34,824 nt of DNA from Tubiluchus corallicola (taxonomy: Eukaryota > Animalia > Priapulida): the NCBI GenBank assembly GCA_030141605.1, contig JAQGDQ010001557.1, positions 1 through 34,824 on the forward strand. Direction: 5' to 3'. The translations under genes and the position numbers were made by a program. Each line of letters starts with the position of its first letter. Position 1 is the first letter of the stretch. The notes beneath the pieces were generated by a model, which did not search any database, had not been told where the DNA came from, and saw only the letters and a list, made by a program, of their open reading frames with translations. Below, piece after piece: positions 1 through 18,475 of this stretch.

Positions 1-2589
1 CCGTGTGTAGCGCTAAAGTATTCGTACGCACAAACTTACGAGGCAATTAGTTCGTAAGAACTAGTGATTCCAGTCCCATTGGCGTTTCTCTAAAATTTTT
101 AATGTCAGTCGTATTAATGTGAAAACCTGTAGTGTTCTGTATCTTTCATAATCTTTGCATGCTTTAATGCTGGAGCTGAATGTTTACGGACTCTCGTGTT
201 ACGTGCAACTAATGCATAGAAAAAACTTATTCTGGTGCAGTACCGCAAATAAAATTCATTGTGATTCCTGGAAAAAAATCGTTTATCTTTATCCCATCAT
301 GTCGAAAAAGTACAGTCGGGCTCAGGGACGCAAAAACACGCACACAATTTGTGGCTTCATCCACGAAACAAATGATCAAAACATTAAAAGGGTTAGGGTG
401 CCACAAAAGCACTTGCTACACCACTGTATCTTTTACGATCTTTTTGGCATTTGCAATAGTAGTTTTATACCATTCAAGTTTTTTCCTTGCTTCTTCAGCA
501 AGTTATTTTTAATAATCTGTTTAGACTTTAAAAGGTACTTTGTATCACCCTCCCCCATAAAGTCAAGCTTCTGAGAATGGTTTATCCCTCACATTGTGTT
601 TTAGCACAGTTTTCCACTCTGCGCATTGTCTTTGTGAAGTTTGTGTACAGTGCTTTCGGTGAGCTTGCTTTAGTGTGTGAAAATCAGTCGATTACCGTGT
701 TTAAGGCCGATAATTAGACCTATATTAAAATAAAAATAACATACAGAATTAAAACACCACGTCCATTTGTGTTCTCTGTCGTTATAACATGTTCGTGTTC
801 ATGTGTGTGCTTTTGAATTGTGTACATGTATTTTATTTACAAGCTATTTAATTTGTTACGACAAGAACAATTTTTTTCAAATTCATGCTATCGTAGACAT
901 TACTAACTTTCAGAGTTTGTGGTTTGCAATGGTTTCGTTGGTACATTTCTACTTGAAGCTGAAAAGTCTATAGATTGCTGATAAACGCAACATGATATGA
1001 TAGTGATACTGTGGATCTCTGAATCTGATACAGTAACAGTAACCAGCAGTGTGTGGTTGTGTTTGCTCCTGGTATATTAGGGATTCCTGCAGGCATGCGT
1101 CTGTTTTTGAGAATACAACGCTACCTAGTAATGATGCGGTATAGTTGCTTGCAGTAATGCAAGTGATCAGATATCTTTGGGCATGCCACCTGATTTACAT
1201 CTGCACTTCTTCAGTGAACAACAGTTCTACATAAAACACGTAATTGATGTCAATTTTTATTCAGTTTAGTTAAATAATTTAATATTATCATGTGTTATAG
1301 CAAATCATTGAAATATAGAATGCGTATGCCTTACTGCAAGTGCTCCGTTTGTGAGGCTATTGAAAGAGGGTTTTGCCATAATGCATATAAAATTATCGTC
1401 AGCATTTGTCCATACATATTGCTTCATTTTTGGATCATCTAAGTTATTCTAATTATTCTTTCTGCTATAATTTAGCAGCTTGTTTAACTGGTTTATTTAT
1501 ACAAAGCATAATTAGTGAACATCCTGCCAGTGAACTATGTCAGCATTTGTGGCCTGTCATTAATTTTTCCACATTCTGTTTAGATTCTCGGACCTTTCAA
1601 GCTAGGGCTACAGTATTGGGACTGAGCTCTGTGTACTGTTTGAAAACTGTGTGGGTTATGCATGAATTTTTCTGACCAGATCCACTAGGGCTAGGAAAAA
1701 AATTTAAAAATTTGATTATGATGCACCACCAGTAATGAAACAGTCAGTGTCTGGGGTTTTTTAATGCTGCACCCCTTGTTAATGACAGAGCTGAGTGTTT
1801 TGCAGCTATACCTGGGTCCTGGCTTTGTATTGTTCTGTAAGTTTATTTCATTGCATAGGGTCTAATTTGCTATATAACTTTACCTCACAGAAAGATGTGG
1901 TATCTACACACAGTGCACACATACAATCATACATGCATCTCTGCATCAATATAAATTTAAATTAATTAGTTTGAACATTTCTAAGGTGAAAACAGCATCA
2001 GAAAATTATACCATGGATTTTTTTGCAAGTTTACATACATCATTTTCATGTTTATAGAAATCTTATAGTGTAAAATAATTTGACAGTGTTTGTCTACAAC
2101 TCGTTATTCTATGGTTTGGGATCTGTAAATGGTTGTTGTGAATCTGAAATCACTGAAGTAGAGTCAGTTGTTATTCATTCATTAAAATTGACTTGCATTA
2201 GTTAGTCATAACTGTTATCAAATCCTTTAAGAGAAATGTTTGCAAAACAAAAAAATACTTTGGGCCTGCTGTGGATAAAGTTTTTCTTAAATAACAAGTG
2301 CATTTCTAATATCTATTTATTTAAGGTTTGCTAAATTTCTCAATCCTTTTTAAATTCGTTTCAAGAACATAAAGAGCAAAAAGTTCTGCTTTGTGGATAA
2401 CCCACAGTTTGCAAATCATGTCCCTCTCCTTGGACCGTTTCTTGTAGTCCTGGTTCAACTTTGTGATCTTAGAGACTACGTACTGAGATTGGATTTTAAC
2501 ATTGGCTGTTTCAGTGTTTGGTACCTAATATTAAATTTTGTCTTTGACTCACTAAGGATAGTTCCGGAATGCGTTTCTTTTTGATAGAA

Positions 2590-2960
2590 GCTCGCGCCCA
2601 CTTAGAAGTGACGTAGTAAAGAAGTGACAGCGTTTACAAACAAATTGTTTACTACCATATAATGCCTAGTCTTTCGTTGTAGTTCCTTTTTTATTACCCG
2701 TTGTTCTCCTCTAAATTGCTTTCGGCTAAATTGGCGGTTATGCAGATCTTTGCGCGAAGCGTAACTAGACAATGGCCCGCTATTTCTGACGTATTATTTG
2801 TCCACTTCCCCTGTTTAAAATAATGGTACTTGTCCAGTGACGTCATGACGGAATTCTCCGCTTCGTCTGCCTGCGATTGGTTAGTACTGTACACGACCCA
2901 CTGCACGATTGCGAAACGTGCGTTGTGTGCTGCTAAGCCGGTAAAATTCCATTCAATTCA
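2590..2960 (+). promoter_or_regulatory. Putative internal promoter with CRE and CCAAT motifs
   Basis: Locally CpG-enriched versus flanks; perfect CRE palindrome TGACGTCA 2838-2845 followed by TGACG 2846-2850; further TGACGT at 2609 and 2787; ATTGG (inverted CCAAT) at 2730 and 2876. Confidence 0.5.
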
Positions 2961-3086
2961 TTTACGCTGATATTGAGTGAAAGCTGTGACTCACTTTAAC
3001 TAGAATTGCTGTAGATAATCGATATTTTTTGTGGTTTCGGAGCTTATTTTTAGTTATTGAATGAAAAGTTGCGCAAATATTAGCTG

Positions 3087-3239
3087 ATGACGCCTGAGCC
3101 TGGCAATATGAGCGATTTGGAGAAAGCGGAAAATGTACTTGAAAAAGTGCTACTATATGGTTATGCCCGCCTACACTATTCCTTACTCGGTTCATTCCAT
3201 TTTACACATCCTACAGATCACTTAGTGAAAGTTTACTGG
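3087..3239 (+). CDS. Candidate alternative first coding exon of the SCaMC gene (isoform without EF hands)
   Basis: ATG at 3087 (second ATG at 3108), 51 open codons MTPEPGNMSDLEKAENVLEKVLLYGYARLHYSLLGSFHFTHPTDHLVKVYW, ending at donor TGG|GTACGT in phase 0, matching the phase-0 acceptor at 8328; lies just downstream of a CpG-enriched promoter-like region. Confidence 0.6.
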
Positions 3240-6200
3240 GTACGTATTTTTTGTGCTGTAAGTTTGCAAGGACAACATCGTAAATTAATAATCTGGATAT
3301 ACGTTGATTAAATATCTACATAATTATCATTTGATTATTTCTAGTAAACTTCTGTTGAACTATGCATCAGTATTGAAATCACAACATATAGAGGCCTACT
3401 GAGACAATCATTCCGTAGAAAATTATTTTTAAAAAAAACGTATACTAGCCTGGTGTATCAAGACTGTGGACCTAACCACACTGGCGAAAAAATTATATAC
3501 AAACGAGCGGTTTTGTTTATAGGGCCAAAATACGTGATTAGCGAGTTTTCATTTCTAAATTGTAAAAGCAACATGTTTAGTCACTTCGGTACACATTGTC
3601 ATTCTTTCTTTGGCATTCAGACATTGAAATTAAATAATGAATCTAGTGAAAAGCTAGTAATAACAGCTATAATATGTGGGTTAGGAAACTGTTTAATTTG
3701 CCAAACACCACTCAACGTAATAATGCCATACTTTCGTAAGCCTTGCAAATCAAGAGATGTCTTATAAAATTATTGCACGCAGTGAAAGCAAAAACATATA
3801 AATTAAATTGCCAGACAAACTCGGAGTACTAGAGTCAATTCAGTACCTGGCTTTAATTTTCAAGGTATTTTGTATAAGTGTAAAAATTGCCAAATGAGTT
3901 CACTAAATAACTGCATTAATGCAAGTGTGTTTAATGTTAGTGCTCAAAAACAACGTATACTACAGTATAATCTCTGTGATTGTTGTATGAGGGCTAATGC
4001 TGCATTATTTTGCATGTGATCAAGGATTTAGTTTGCTTGAATTCTTTCGAGTAGCATAAGCTCTAGGGCTAAATTGTGTGTATTGCTGTCGAATTTAGGA
4101 ATAATTTTTTGTATGTCTGTTTTGTTTGGTGTTCATTGTTCAGTATGGCTTCTTAGTGGTACTGTTTCATGTTTTTATATGGATATTAGTGTTTTTATTG
4201 TGGCTAGTATTCCTGGTAATAACTTGTAGTGTCTATTATAATAATAAATTTATTCATTGTGTCCTTTTAGGTTTTTTATGATTAAAATGGTCAAAAGTGC
4301 AATGTGCAATTATTTCTAATTAATGATTAATGTGCATTAATGTAAATTTCATTTGGGTGTTTAAAGATCTATTTAGCTGCATAATGAGATTTGTTGTTAT
4401 TCTTGCAATTAAGTAAAACTGTAAGTTAGTTGTCATTTGTACCCCACAGAGTCTAGAGTTGACAGTACTGCTTAGAAATCTCCCTTTTGTTAATGCAGCA
4501 TCACTGCAATGTACATATCACTCTATGTCATGCGGAGAAAACTGGTTGAGTTAATTGACTAAACTATTGTACTTCAGTTATTTTGGACAAAATAAGACTC
4601 CTGAAAGTTAGTTTCCCCATTTAGAAAATAGAACATGGAGAATAGGTTTTTATTGACCTTGCATAGGAGCTAATCATTTGATTTTGAGCAATACACTTGC
4701 ATATTGTATAAACCCTGATAATCTGCTTATTGTACCTAGGTGCATTTTCAGGATTATCACATGCTGCAATAGACAGTGAATGTAGTTGTTAGTCTGCATT
4801 TAGGCCCTAAATTTAGTACATGTATGCTGCATGTTTTTTTGCAAAGTAGGTATGTTTCAGTCTGAGGCGGTTTTCAATTTCAACTTTGTAAGTTTTGACT
4901 TTTGTGAATTTTTGAGAAGTACAAAGATTTGTTACTTTGTGTTTTTCATACTTGAAAATGCTTGACTAAGTTAAATTTTTTAATCCGGTTTGTCCGTACT
5001 GAGACATGCTGGGCTAAGAAGTTTTGCTGATCTTCTAAATTTAAAAGTTCTAATAGTACATCTGACCTCCAACGAAGGACAGTAGGTTACGACTCTTTTT
5101 CATGCACATAACTCTAGTACAGTCAAGCTCAAGGCTTTTATGTACATCCCTGTGTTTGCCTCGTGGCAACATACTCGTACTCTGGCTACGTCCTTTTAAT
5201 GTAATAAGATGTAACGTTTGAGGCTTGCAATTAAATTTCAAGTATGCTAGTTGTCTAATACTATATTTCTCTAATCAAGACCTATTTTAACACATTTGTT
5301 TCTTTGATATCATGAAAAATTATGACGAAGCGTTCTTTTTTTAGTTTCAAAAATATTTAGGAAAACAAAACTGTGATTATAGTACATGTATTACAATTTG
5401 TTACCTAACCACCAACGACTGTAATCTGTTAGCACAGCCTCATGGTTTCTATTCACTGCGCAGTTTGTAATCTTTAGTTATTTTAAAGGCTCAAGTCACT
5501 GGACGATCTTGAATACGATATAATTTTTACCCATTGTCAAGGTTTTCGACGGTCATTGCCACTAATTACTCTAGTAGCCTACTCCAACGAGAATGACCAT
5601 AATAGGATTTGTTTTCCCAGAGTCAAAGTTTTTGCTTGGTCATTTGCTGTTGACACTAAGTAACCTACCCATTTAGCAGCTTGGTCTTAATGTGATTTTT
5701 CTAGATGTCAAGGTTTTTATTGTGAATGTAGTTGGGTTCAAATCATCTGACTACTAGTAACTATTCTTGCCAATTAGTGTTGTGACGTTTTCTAATCTTG
5801 AGCACGGATTTTGCAGTTGGCATTATTATTAAGCAAGCTTTGTTTTTGTGGGAAACGCTGGTCTCGCAAACTTTCACGTCATGATTAGGTTACCAAGTGC
5901 AACAAAAGTTTATTTGGTCGTGAAGTTTTTCGAAGTTCTCAGGCTGGTACAGTGCGTGCTTTCATTTTTTCACTGCATTCCGCATAGTTATTTGATTCTC
6001 TTTGAAGACAGAATTGTGTTTCTGTGCCTGTACAGTAAATGAGGCTATGGTTTCGCACTTTGTGTGTACTGTATTTATTACAAGAGTTTACTGTAGTTCA
6101 GCAGTTGGGTTACTTCCTTGGCTTCAGTAGGAATGGGCACAGTAGCCTTCAAGGCCGCTTTCCCATGATCAAGCTGCTTCGAACATAAAAATACACTACG

Positions 6201-8327
6201 TGATTATTTTTTTAATGCAGTTCGACACGCTGCAAGCTAGAGTCCAGCAATGGCGAAGTGTATTTAATGTAGCTGGTTATTGGTTGTGGCAGGACCGAGA
6301 TCTTGCTCATTGCTCATTAACTCTCTTAGATACGTGAGACATTAACCGGCAAAGGCATCTCAGGCAAAGCCACGTTCAGCTCGCAACAAGATACTAGTAA
6401 ACAGCCATAGTCAGTATATATCGGTTGAAATCACTCAGACAATATATTAAATGCTGGCAGTGCACTTCTGTAAGATACTTGTCTCATGTAAGATAAAAAA
6501 AACTGTATGTGAGTACTTGGTGCACACTGTCGAAATTTTTTACAGTCATAATTCTAAATGAGTTATGACTTATGACTTCATAGAAAAGGGGAGACTCTCC
6601 GATATGAGATGACATAAACATGAAATTTTTTACTGGCTTTTAATTGCAGATGAACAGGTTGCCAAAAACCACTAGTAGTAATGTATTTTATGTGCAGAAC
6701 ATCTAGCGTTTGTAGCTAATTTCTATATTTATTATTGTAATCGTTTATAAAGCACTCATAAACAGTTGGTAACTTGAGTATTTCTAATACTTGATTTGTC
6801 TTATACAAGTATGCTTCACGAAATGGTGACTTGAACTTAAGTGCAGTGTCATGTATCTTATAATGTAATGTAATTTATTTCTGTTTTTTATTTTTCCTTA
6901 CTTAGAAATTAAGTGAATTTGTTGGCATCAGATTCGTTCCATTTTACCCTGGAGCCTTATTTAGGGAAAATTTTAAAAAAGTAGAGATTCGTACATTTTC
7001 TATAAATTGCCATGTACTTCAAATTAATGACTTATGGTGTGTCAGTCTCATAGCAAGAAAAAATTAACAGCTGCATAACACAACTAAGAATAGCATAGAC
7101 CTAAAGTGAACATTAGAAGTTTTTTCCACTTTAGACTAAGGGTGTATTCAGTTTGATTGCACTGGCACTTCTAGTTCAGGTCAAGTCCATGAAGTAAGTT
7201 GCTTAGACTGCTTGAGGCTTAAGGTTCTGATGAAAATTTTTCGGTTTTCATCTTCCTTTGGCTTATTGTTGTCCATCGGAAATTGTCTTACGCAGCATAA
7301 AAAATCTTTGGTCAGCCAATTTTTGTCATTCAAAAAATTGTTTAAAGCATCCATTTTTACTAATATGGGAGTTTCCTTTTTATTGTGTTGTGTATGATAC
7401 TCTAAAATGCCGAAACAGAAGTTTTGCACCATTTTGCACTACAACAAAAATATAAAAAATGACAATTTGCATCTAAGTGAAATTTTTACTGGTGCCGTAT
7501 TTCTATATATTAGTGAAAATAAGTATTAAAAGTACTTTTACCTTATTACTTTAACCTGCCACCAGGTCTAGACACCAGTTTCTCAGACCTGGACATTGAA
7601 TTCTAGTCAAGCACACATCTTATCTAAAACTACAGACCTATGGAGAAGTTTGACATTTGCTGCATTACGGTACGAAGAACAACATTGCTTTAACCGTAAA
7701 ATGAATTACCCACCTTGCAGGCTTGCACCTGTGTGAATAGTACTTTGCTAAACTGGTGACGGTTTTCCAAACTTTTTCGGTTTATAATTTTAATAACAAG
7801 AGAATGACATTGACAGGTATCACAGTACAGTCCTTTTTTCCTAAAGAAAAACCTGGATGGATGTTAGTTAGTAATGACTACCAAGTTAGGAATGGTTGGC
7901 AGTCTTTGTGTTTAAACTGTATATATACATATACGATTTCTTTTGAATTATTGTAGTACAATATATTCAATAGCTAGCATATATAAACTGTCCTATATAT
8001 GTCCAATTGTTGCGAGCTAATTGCTAACTTAAATTTTGATACACATATATGCACAACTCTTGCTGTACTTACTGACAGTTTGTGACCACAAGTGACTTGG
8101 GAAGTACATTATTATGTAATTTTATATAAAATGGCTTTTTTGCTTCAAATGCTTTTTTGCTTTGAACATCTTTGCCTTTTTCTGGTTTCCTGGCAAATCT
8201 GCTTGCTTTTTGACAATTTGCAGTTGCCAAATGCCAAGATTCTGTGGGGTGCATGGTACAGGGAGGCCAATTATTATAATATTTTAGCCTTTCAAGTGTA
8301 TGCAGCAGTTTTTTTTTTTTCTTCTAG

Positions 8328-12532
<4,205 letters not shown>

Positions 12533-15236
12533 AAAATTGCATCACTTAGATCGTCAGTTTATTTATTGCCTTTAATATAGCATTGTGTATCTCATGAGTG
12601 AAAGCTGTGATGGTTCGTTCATTAAGGTATCATAACCAAGTGTAGTGCTGGTTTCTGTTCTGCAGTGGACGGCATAACTCCTCGTGGGCATTCGTGATAA
12701 AGGTGTGCCTTTACTTGGTGTTATATGTAACACTACAAAGACTGGTTCACTGCCTGTAGATGGAATACTTCAGATCCACGTCTTCAGCTATCTCATTAAA
12801 GGCTGTTACCTGCTGTTACCTACATTGTTTGCTACAATGTAGTGCATATGAAATCACTGCAATTTTAAAATTCTCTCCTCTCTGATTTGTAGTACTGTTG
12901 TACTTGTCTGTCACTCTTAATGTTTTTTAGAGAGTTTCCTGAAAGATTTGCCAATGACATTTTTTAGTTTGAATCGTGCTTTTTCACAGTATAAAGTGCC
13001 ACACAATATTTTCTAATGTGCAGTTTTCTTAAATTTTAGAACATTTCCTGTTGCAAATGTTTCTTTGGTTTGCAGTCTTGCCTCTTGCCTGCACCTTACT
13101 TAACGACTGTTAATTAGTAGTTTGTTTTGCGTATCATTCTGCACTTGATTTTTTAAATTCAGAATGTTAATTGTATATTTTCCCTTGAATATGCGACTTT
13201 TTATTATAAATAGGTGTTGTTGCTGTTGTATTTACTTCCAGTGGAACCGCAGTTTCATATTGTCGAGTACTAGTTTGACAGGCTATATTCCACAATGACC
13301 AATTACAGTAATGTAATGACAGAAAGTAGTATTTATGCAGTACTATTTAGTGAGTTAGTTAACTGCTATATTGTGTTTATTTCTCCTGCTTGGTTACACT
13401 TTCACCATACATAACTCAAAAACTGATTTTAATCCCTTTTAATCGGGTTCAGAGTAGTTGGGCTACAAAGAGTTAATTAATTGATTCTTAGGCACAGCTT
13501 TCGCCATTTCATGGCACGATTAATTGTTGGAAATGAAAAGACGTTGCTGATGGTGCCATTTATACTTTACTAACCATTAATAGTTTTGTTTCCTGTTTTA
13601 CAACGTTTACCTCAATTATTGGTGGTGTATTGGCTTTGTATTAGTCATTTGGACCACAGCAAAAAGATTTTTTGCTACATCCACTGACGGAATTTCAAAT
13701 TTGCTGTTCTGCTTAGCAGTTTCATTTTTTTAATTTTTCCTTCTCATTTTTTTTTTGGTTGACGTTTGCCTCCCGGCGTGAGTTGCACGACCCAATTGTT
13801 TACGCTAATGTATCATTAAAGTTGCAAAAAATTTTGCACTTCCATTTTAGGCAGTTCTTGTATGTACTTTTAATTACTAACAGTGAGCAAATGTATCATG
13901 GTACATACTAATACGAGGCAAAGAAATCTGGTGTGTTTCATAAATATTTGTGAAATGTTGCTTTTTGTGTGAGCCTCATAATGAAGTTGTGATTGAATCT
14001 AAAGTTTATTATAGTTTCTCCAAGTAAAACTGAAAAACTTTGTCCTATCACACTTTTTTTTGAAAAGTGCCTTTGAATCCATGTTTCTTTTAACTTTTCA
14101 AGTTCCTGTTGGAGCAGATGTTCAGATGCTTTAGAAAATCAAAGTTCATCCACAATTCTACATGTACACTCACAGGAAACCCTTGTGCATTTATGATAAA
14201 TTACCTGCTAGTTATAATATTACTGCTGCATAACATTTCTGTTTGAAAGTTCTCCAGAATGTAATTAGAATGTTAATAAATGTTAGTTGGTTTTTAATAT
14301 TGCATATTACTCAGAAAGATAAATAACATTTGATATGTAAGTTGTAAGTGTAACCAGCCTGTTATCTACCCGCAAAGATGCTGTATATGTTTTTCTGTTA
14401 ATATATTAATATTAATGTTATATACGATTTTTTAATTTAAAACCTATTCCTTAAAAAGTCTTTACCTAGTTTTTCAGATATGTGTGCATAATTGCTTTAA
14501 CTGTGCTGGTCGCATCTGTTATATAAACTTTTATTAAGACAATTGCAAATTTTTGTACCTGTTAGACTCCACTTAGAGAACAAGACAACTTTCTAGTAAG
14601 AAATATTCATTAGTTCCAAATGTTCATAACATGTTAATCTCTGAATAGTTTTAAAAATTGGGCAGCGACTGCTTTGTTATGTGCACATTCAATTAAAAAA
14701 TTGTAAATATTGTGAACACATTCACCTAAATTGTATGTTATTTTTTATAGTTTTAACTGCGTTAAAAATCTGGGTTTTGTTGGCAGGCAGATAATCAATT
14801 CAAGCAAAGGCAAACATTTCATCTGCATTTTTTACTTAATGTAAGTATAAAGCGAGAAACATTAGAAAAAATTGTCAAGCCTCATTTCTAAATGCACTTG
14901 GTCAAGGAAAGTTCATGCATGTATACAATTTGGCACAGACAAAAGGCAAAGGTACATGTGTTAACATTCATGAGGGCAAGATAACTTTGACACTAAATGA
15001 TGTTTTATTTACATCCCCAATGCATCAAGTTCAATGCAGCATCTGCACAAGTGTACTTTTGCTAGTTCGAGAAGTATGCCACAAATCACAGTTTCAGTGT
15101 AACACTGTGAACATTGTACAATGTTCTTTTTCAGGCATCACAGTTTTGCAGTGTGTTGTGTTAAATAATATGTTATCATGGTTACACAACTAGATTTATA
15201 CATAATCTCTAAACAAATGTAGATGTAGCTGCAAAC

Positions 15237-17885
15237 TTATTGCTTCTCTTCTACTGCAGATAGAATGGCCATCGCCTGTTCTTCAGTTTCTTTATTTTCT
15301 GTAGCTTTTGCATTTGTCAGTGCTAATTTGCAACATAACCTAGCTTCTGCCCAGTCTTTACGATGAGTGTGAACTGCTGCAAGGTTACAATAAAACAATG
15401 ACAAGTCTTCGTTGCCCGTTTCAGTTGCAACTTCAATTGCCTCTGTCAAATATTCTATTGCTGCTTCATATTCTTCACACAATGAACAGACATTAGCTAA
15501 GTCATTCAACAGTACTAATGTTTGTGGATGCTCTGATCCATTGTACGTTTTACTTATTTCAAGAGCATTCTTATAATACGTTTTTGCAACTTGTAATTCA
15601 CCGCGGGACATGAGATAAGCTGCATACATAGCCATACTCTTAGCCCATAAGAGGTATGTGTCAGTCTCGCTTTCAATAATCGGCTGTTTTGACTTCCTTT
15701 CCTGAGTATCGAGGCAAAACCTAAATCCACTATTTGCCAAATAATCCTTGCCTTGAATGGCATAGATATTAGCAAGTTTTAAAGATATATCGACAACAGC
15801 ATTACTGTCCTCCTCTTGTCTGCTGGCTATCAATATTTTCAGTGTCTCTTTGAAAAGCTTTTCAGATTTTTCATAGATACCAGCTTCAATTGCAACATTT
15901 GCCATGCAGTCGTAAATGTAAGCTTGGGCCTGTAAATCAGCTCTTTCTTGAGCCATCTTTAATGCAACATGTAATATCTGCTCTGCTGCATTGTAATTTC
16001 CTTGTTGTTTAGATAAAATTGCTCGTTTTATGGCAGTCACAACCTAAAACAAATCAAAGACATTAAGAGAGCATTATAACTGTCAGCTTGTCACATATTA
16101 CATAACATAAGTAGAAAAGTGTTTGCACTTACTACTAGTGTACACCACTAACATTAAAAGTAGATGCGCATGCTGTGCAAGTCTTCTAATTTATGAAAAG
16201 TGCAATAACGTATAGCAAACCAACGTGTTTAAGAATATTGTCTTGAAGAATATAAGTACAGTTATTGATAACCATTAAACTTTACTGACCCTATTTGATT
16301 AGTAATGTTTCAATTACATATGTGCGCCTTCTAGTTATTCACATATCCTGAATCTTCATTTCATGGGGATCATTTTGATACCAAGCTCATTGCTCAATGT
16401 TATTTCTAAGCTGAGATAATTCACGTTGAAGATGAGATGCACTGAACAATACATTTTTTGTCGCGTTTCTACAAAACACTTAGCAACCGCACAAATGTTG
16501 GTTGCTACGGACTTTGCAAGAACACATTGAAGTCATGTTTAAATCCAATAGATGGGTCTTTGTGACGAAGATCTGGACTTGGCAACAGAAAAACCCGAAG
16601 CAAAATGACAGCTTCTAGGAGCTACTGTCGGGGTTTAAAAATACAAGTTTTTTACAATTGCATTACTAGTTTCTAGCCAGAGAAGTGGGTAAAAGGGGTT
16701 ATAAAATTAGATTTTTAATTTTTCTTGAATATTTTCTTTATAATTTGGTGCTAGAATATAAATTTCCAAAATGTTTAGCATTTGTTTTTATAAAAAACAA
16801 AAAAAATTGACATTTGAACCAATTTTTGGTGCATGAACAGTGACTTCAAAGTACCATAACGTAGTTTTAACTACGCCGACTTATGGACGGTTTTGGTTTG
16901 CAAGCACACATATAATTATGAAGGTCTTACATTTGCCTTGAAATAGTATTAGAGCAGTGAATTTTTGTACAGAATACTGTTTGTTTTGTTCTTATAAGCG
17001 TTGAAAAAGATCTAGAAATCACCAGCTGTCCATTACAGGAGCTTCATCAATTGTATGCATTGCTACAGAAACCAAATGCTGCATTGTACACTTGAAAATT
17101 ATACCTGGTTATGGAATGGATTACCAAGAGACAGACAAGTATTAGCCAGAAATGTTTTGTGCTTTCCAACTGAAATTAAAATCTTACCTTATTTATTTAC
17201 CTTACCAAACTTTACTAATTTATTTCCAAAGTGCATACCTTATCTTCCTCCTCATCCTCATATCCTAAAAGCTTCTTGAGCGTCAGAAATATACTTGCTG
17301 CAGTAAATGTGAAGGACTTGTACCTACATCAAAATAAGTAGAAGAATTGATATCAAGCTTGAGGAAACGTGTGATTTTAGTTCACCGTTTTCTCGATGAT
17401 CTGTCATATATCCGGGTCACAAACAACAAACAAATTTTAGATAACATTAACAATGCTTCAATGGCCATTAATTACATGTATTTTTTCTCGAAATTTACCA
17501 TATCATGACTACCTTGAGTGGTCACTCATGTTTGGGGCAAGAGTATAAACAATTATAGTGTCCGAACTACCCACAAACAAAAACTTGTTTTTGCTTATAG
17601 CCTCCCGCCTATAGAGACATTATAGTCTGGGCAAGTGACATTATACATGCATTAATTATAAGACAGTTTCTAGACGTTAGTGGCAACTCACTGGAATTGA
17701 AAGGCGTTTTCTCGCCACTGACTTCCCAAATGTGTTTCGAAACAGACATCGTGCATGCCTCTAAATTTAGACAATATAGCGCAAATATGGAAATGAATTC
17801 TCTTGGTTTTGAAAGTCCTGAAAATATATTCTCTTTGGTTTTTTGCAACGTGTAAAGCTAATCGAAACACATAGGGCGCTGACAT
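15237..17885 (-). CDS. TTC19: Tetratricopeptide repeat protein 19 homologue, mitochondrial (complex III assembly/turnover factor)
   Basis: Exons 17885-17692 (MSAPYVFRLALHVAK.., basic presequence-like; donor GTGAGT, phase 2), 17323-17239 (YKSFTFTAASIFLTLKKLLGYEDEEEDK; hydrophobic then acidic patch; donor GTATGC), 16043-15237 (VVTAIKRAIL..AEQILHVAL..YIYDCMANVA..KSEKLFKETL..NAVVDISLKLANIY..GFRFC..HPQTLVLLNDLA..). About 361 aa; motifs match recalled TTC19 sequences. AATAAA on - strand at 15009-15004. Confidence 0.9.
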
Positions 17886-18037
17886 CTTTCACAATTGCGA
17901 GTTTGCAACTTCACATGCTGACTGTCGCGCTGTAATGCGGCGCATCGCTGCGAGTATACTATAAATGTGCACGCACTGGCAGACAGCAATTGCCAATCAA
18001 CAGCATGCAGCCTGTGAGTATCTGACTGTCTGGTGAG

Positions 18038-18475
18038 TAGGGGTGAGCATTCTCTACCAGAAAGCGAACTCGAATCGAACCGAATTTGTGACTTTCGAAT
18101 TTGAATCGAACCGAACTTCAGTGTTTCGAATTCGAACCGAATTTGAATTGAGATTGAACGATTTTTGAACTAGTTTTCGAACCACCAGTAAAAATTAGTC
18201 TTACAAAGATCTTGCATATCACTAGATTTTGATCTGTAATAAAACGACTAGTAATTTGCTTAAAGTTGTGTGCAGAAATAACAACTAAATTATGTTAATT
18301 GCATGATGCTTCAATCGTTTTAATGATCAGGAACATATCTGATTGAAGTGCTGAATTATTCGAATCTATAGTTTTGGATTCGAATCGAGTTTGAACTAAA
18401 AAATCGTTCGAATCGAATTCGAGCATTCGAATTCGATTCGAATGTTCGAACTCGAACGTTCGATGCTCACCCCTA
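18038..18475. mobile_element. Non-autonomous hAT-superfamily MITE, 438 bp, complete
   Basis: Perfect 13-bp TIRs TAGGGGTGAGCAT (18038-18050) and ATGCTCACCCCTA (18463-18475); perfect 8-bp TSD CTGGTGAG at 18030-18037 and 18476-18483; dense subterminal TCGAA/TTCGA repeats; no transposase. An 8-bp TSD with a TAGGG end is typical of hAT elements. Confidence 0.92.

Noticed and set aside
155-574. 139-aa ORF and overlapping 83-aa ORF with a hydrophobic stretch; AAG|GTACTT donor at 534 and TACTAAC..CAG at 901-913
   Set aside because: No recognisable homology; the donor phase does not fit the SCaMC acceptor at 8328 and the segment after 913 closes in all frames. Could be UTR exons but unsupported.
6906-7455. 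Strong pyrimidine tract/AG at 6905 and several short ORFs near 7180-7455
   Set aside because: No EF-hand or other motif and no convincing in-phase donor.
17386-17400. Possible 15-nt in-frame TTC19 micro-exon (QSSRKR)
   Set aside because: Acceptor lacks an adjacent pyrimidine tract and the donor GTGAAC is weak; the gene model works without it.
17955-18020. TATAAA at 17960 and GTGAGT at 18014 on the + strand suggesting a divergent transcript
   Set aside because: Two short motifs only; no downstream exon or ORF support.
18060-18462. TTCGAA-rich arrays as heat-shock elements or CRISPR-like repeats
   Set aside because: Spacing mostly does not fit nGAAnnTTCnnGAAn and there is no repeat-spacer periodicity; explained as MITE subterminal repeats.
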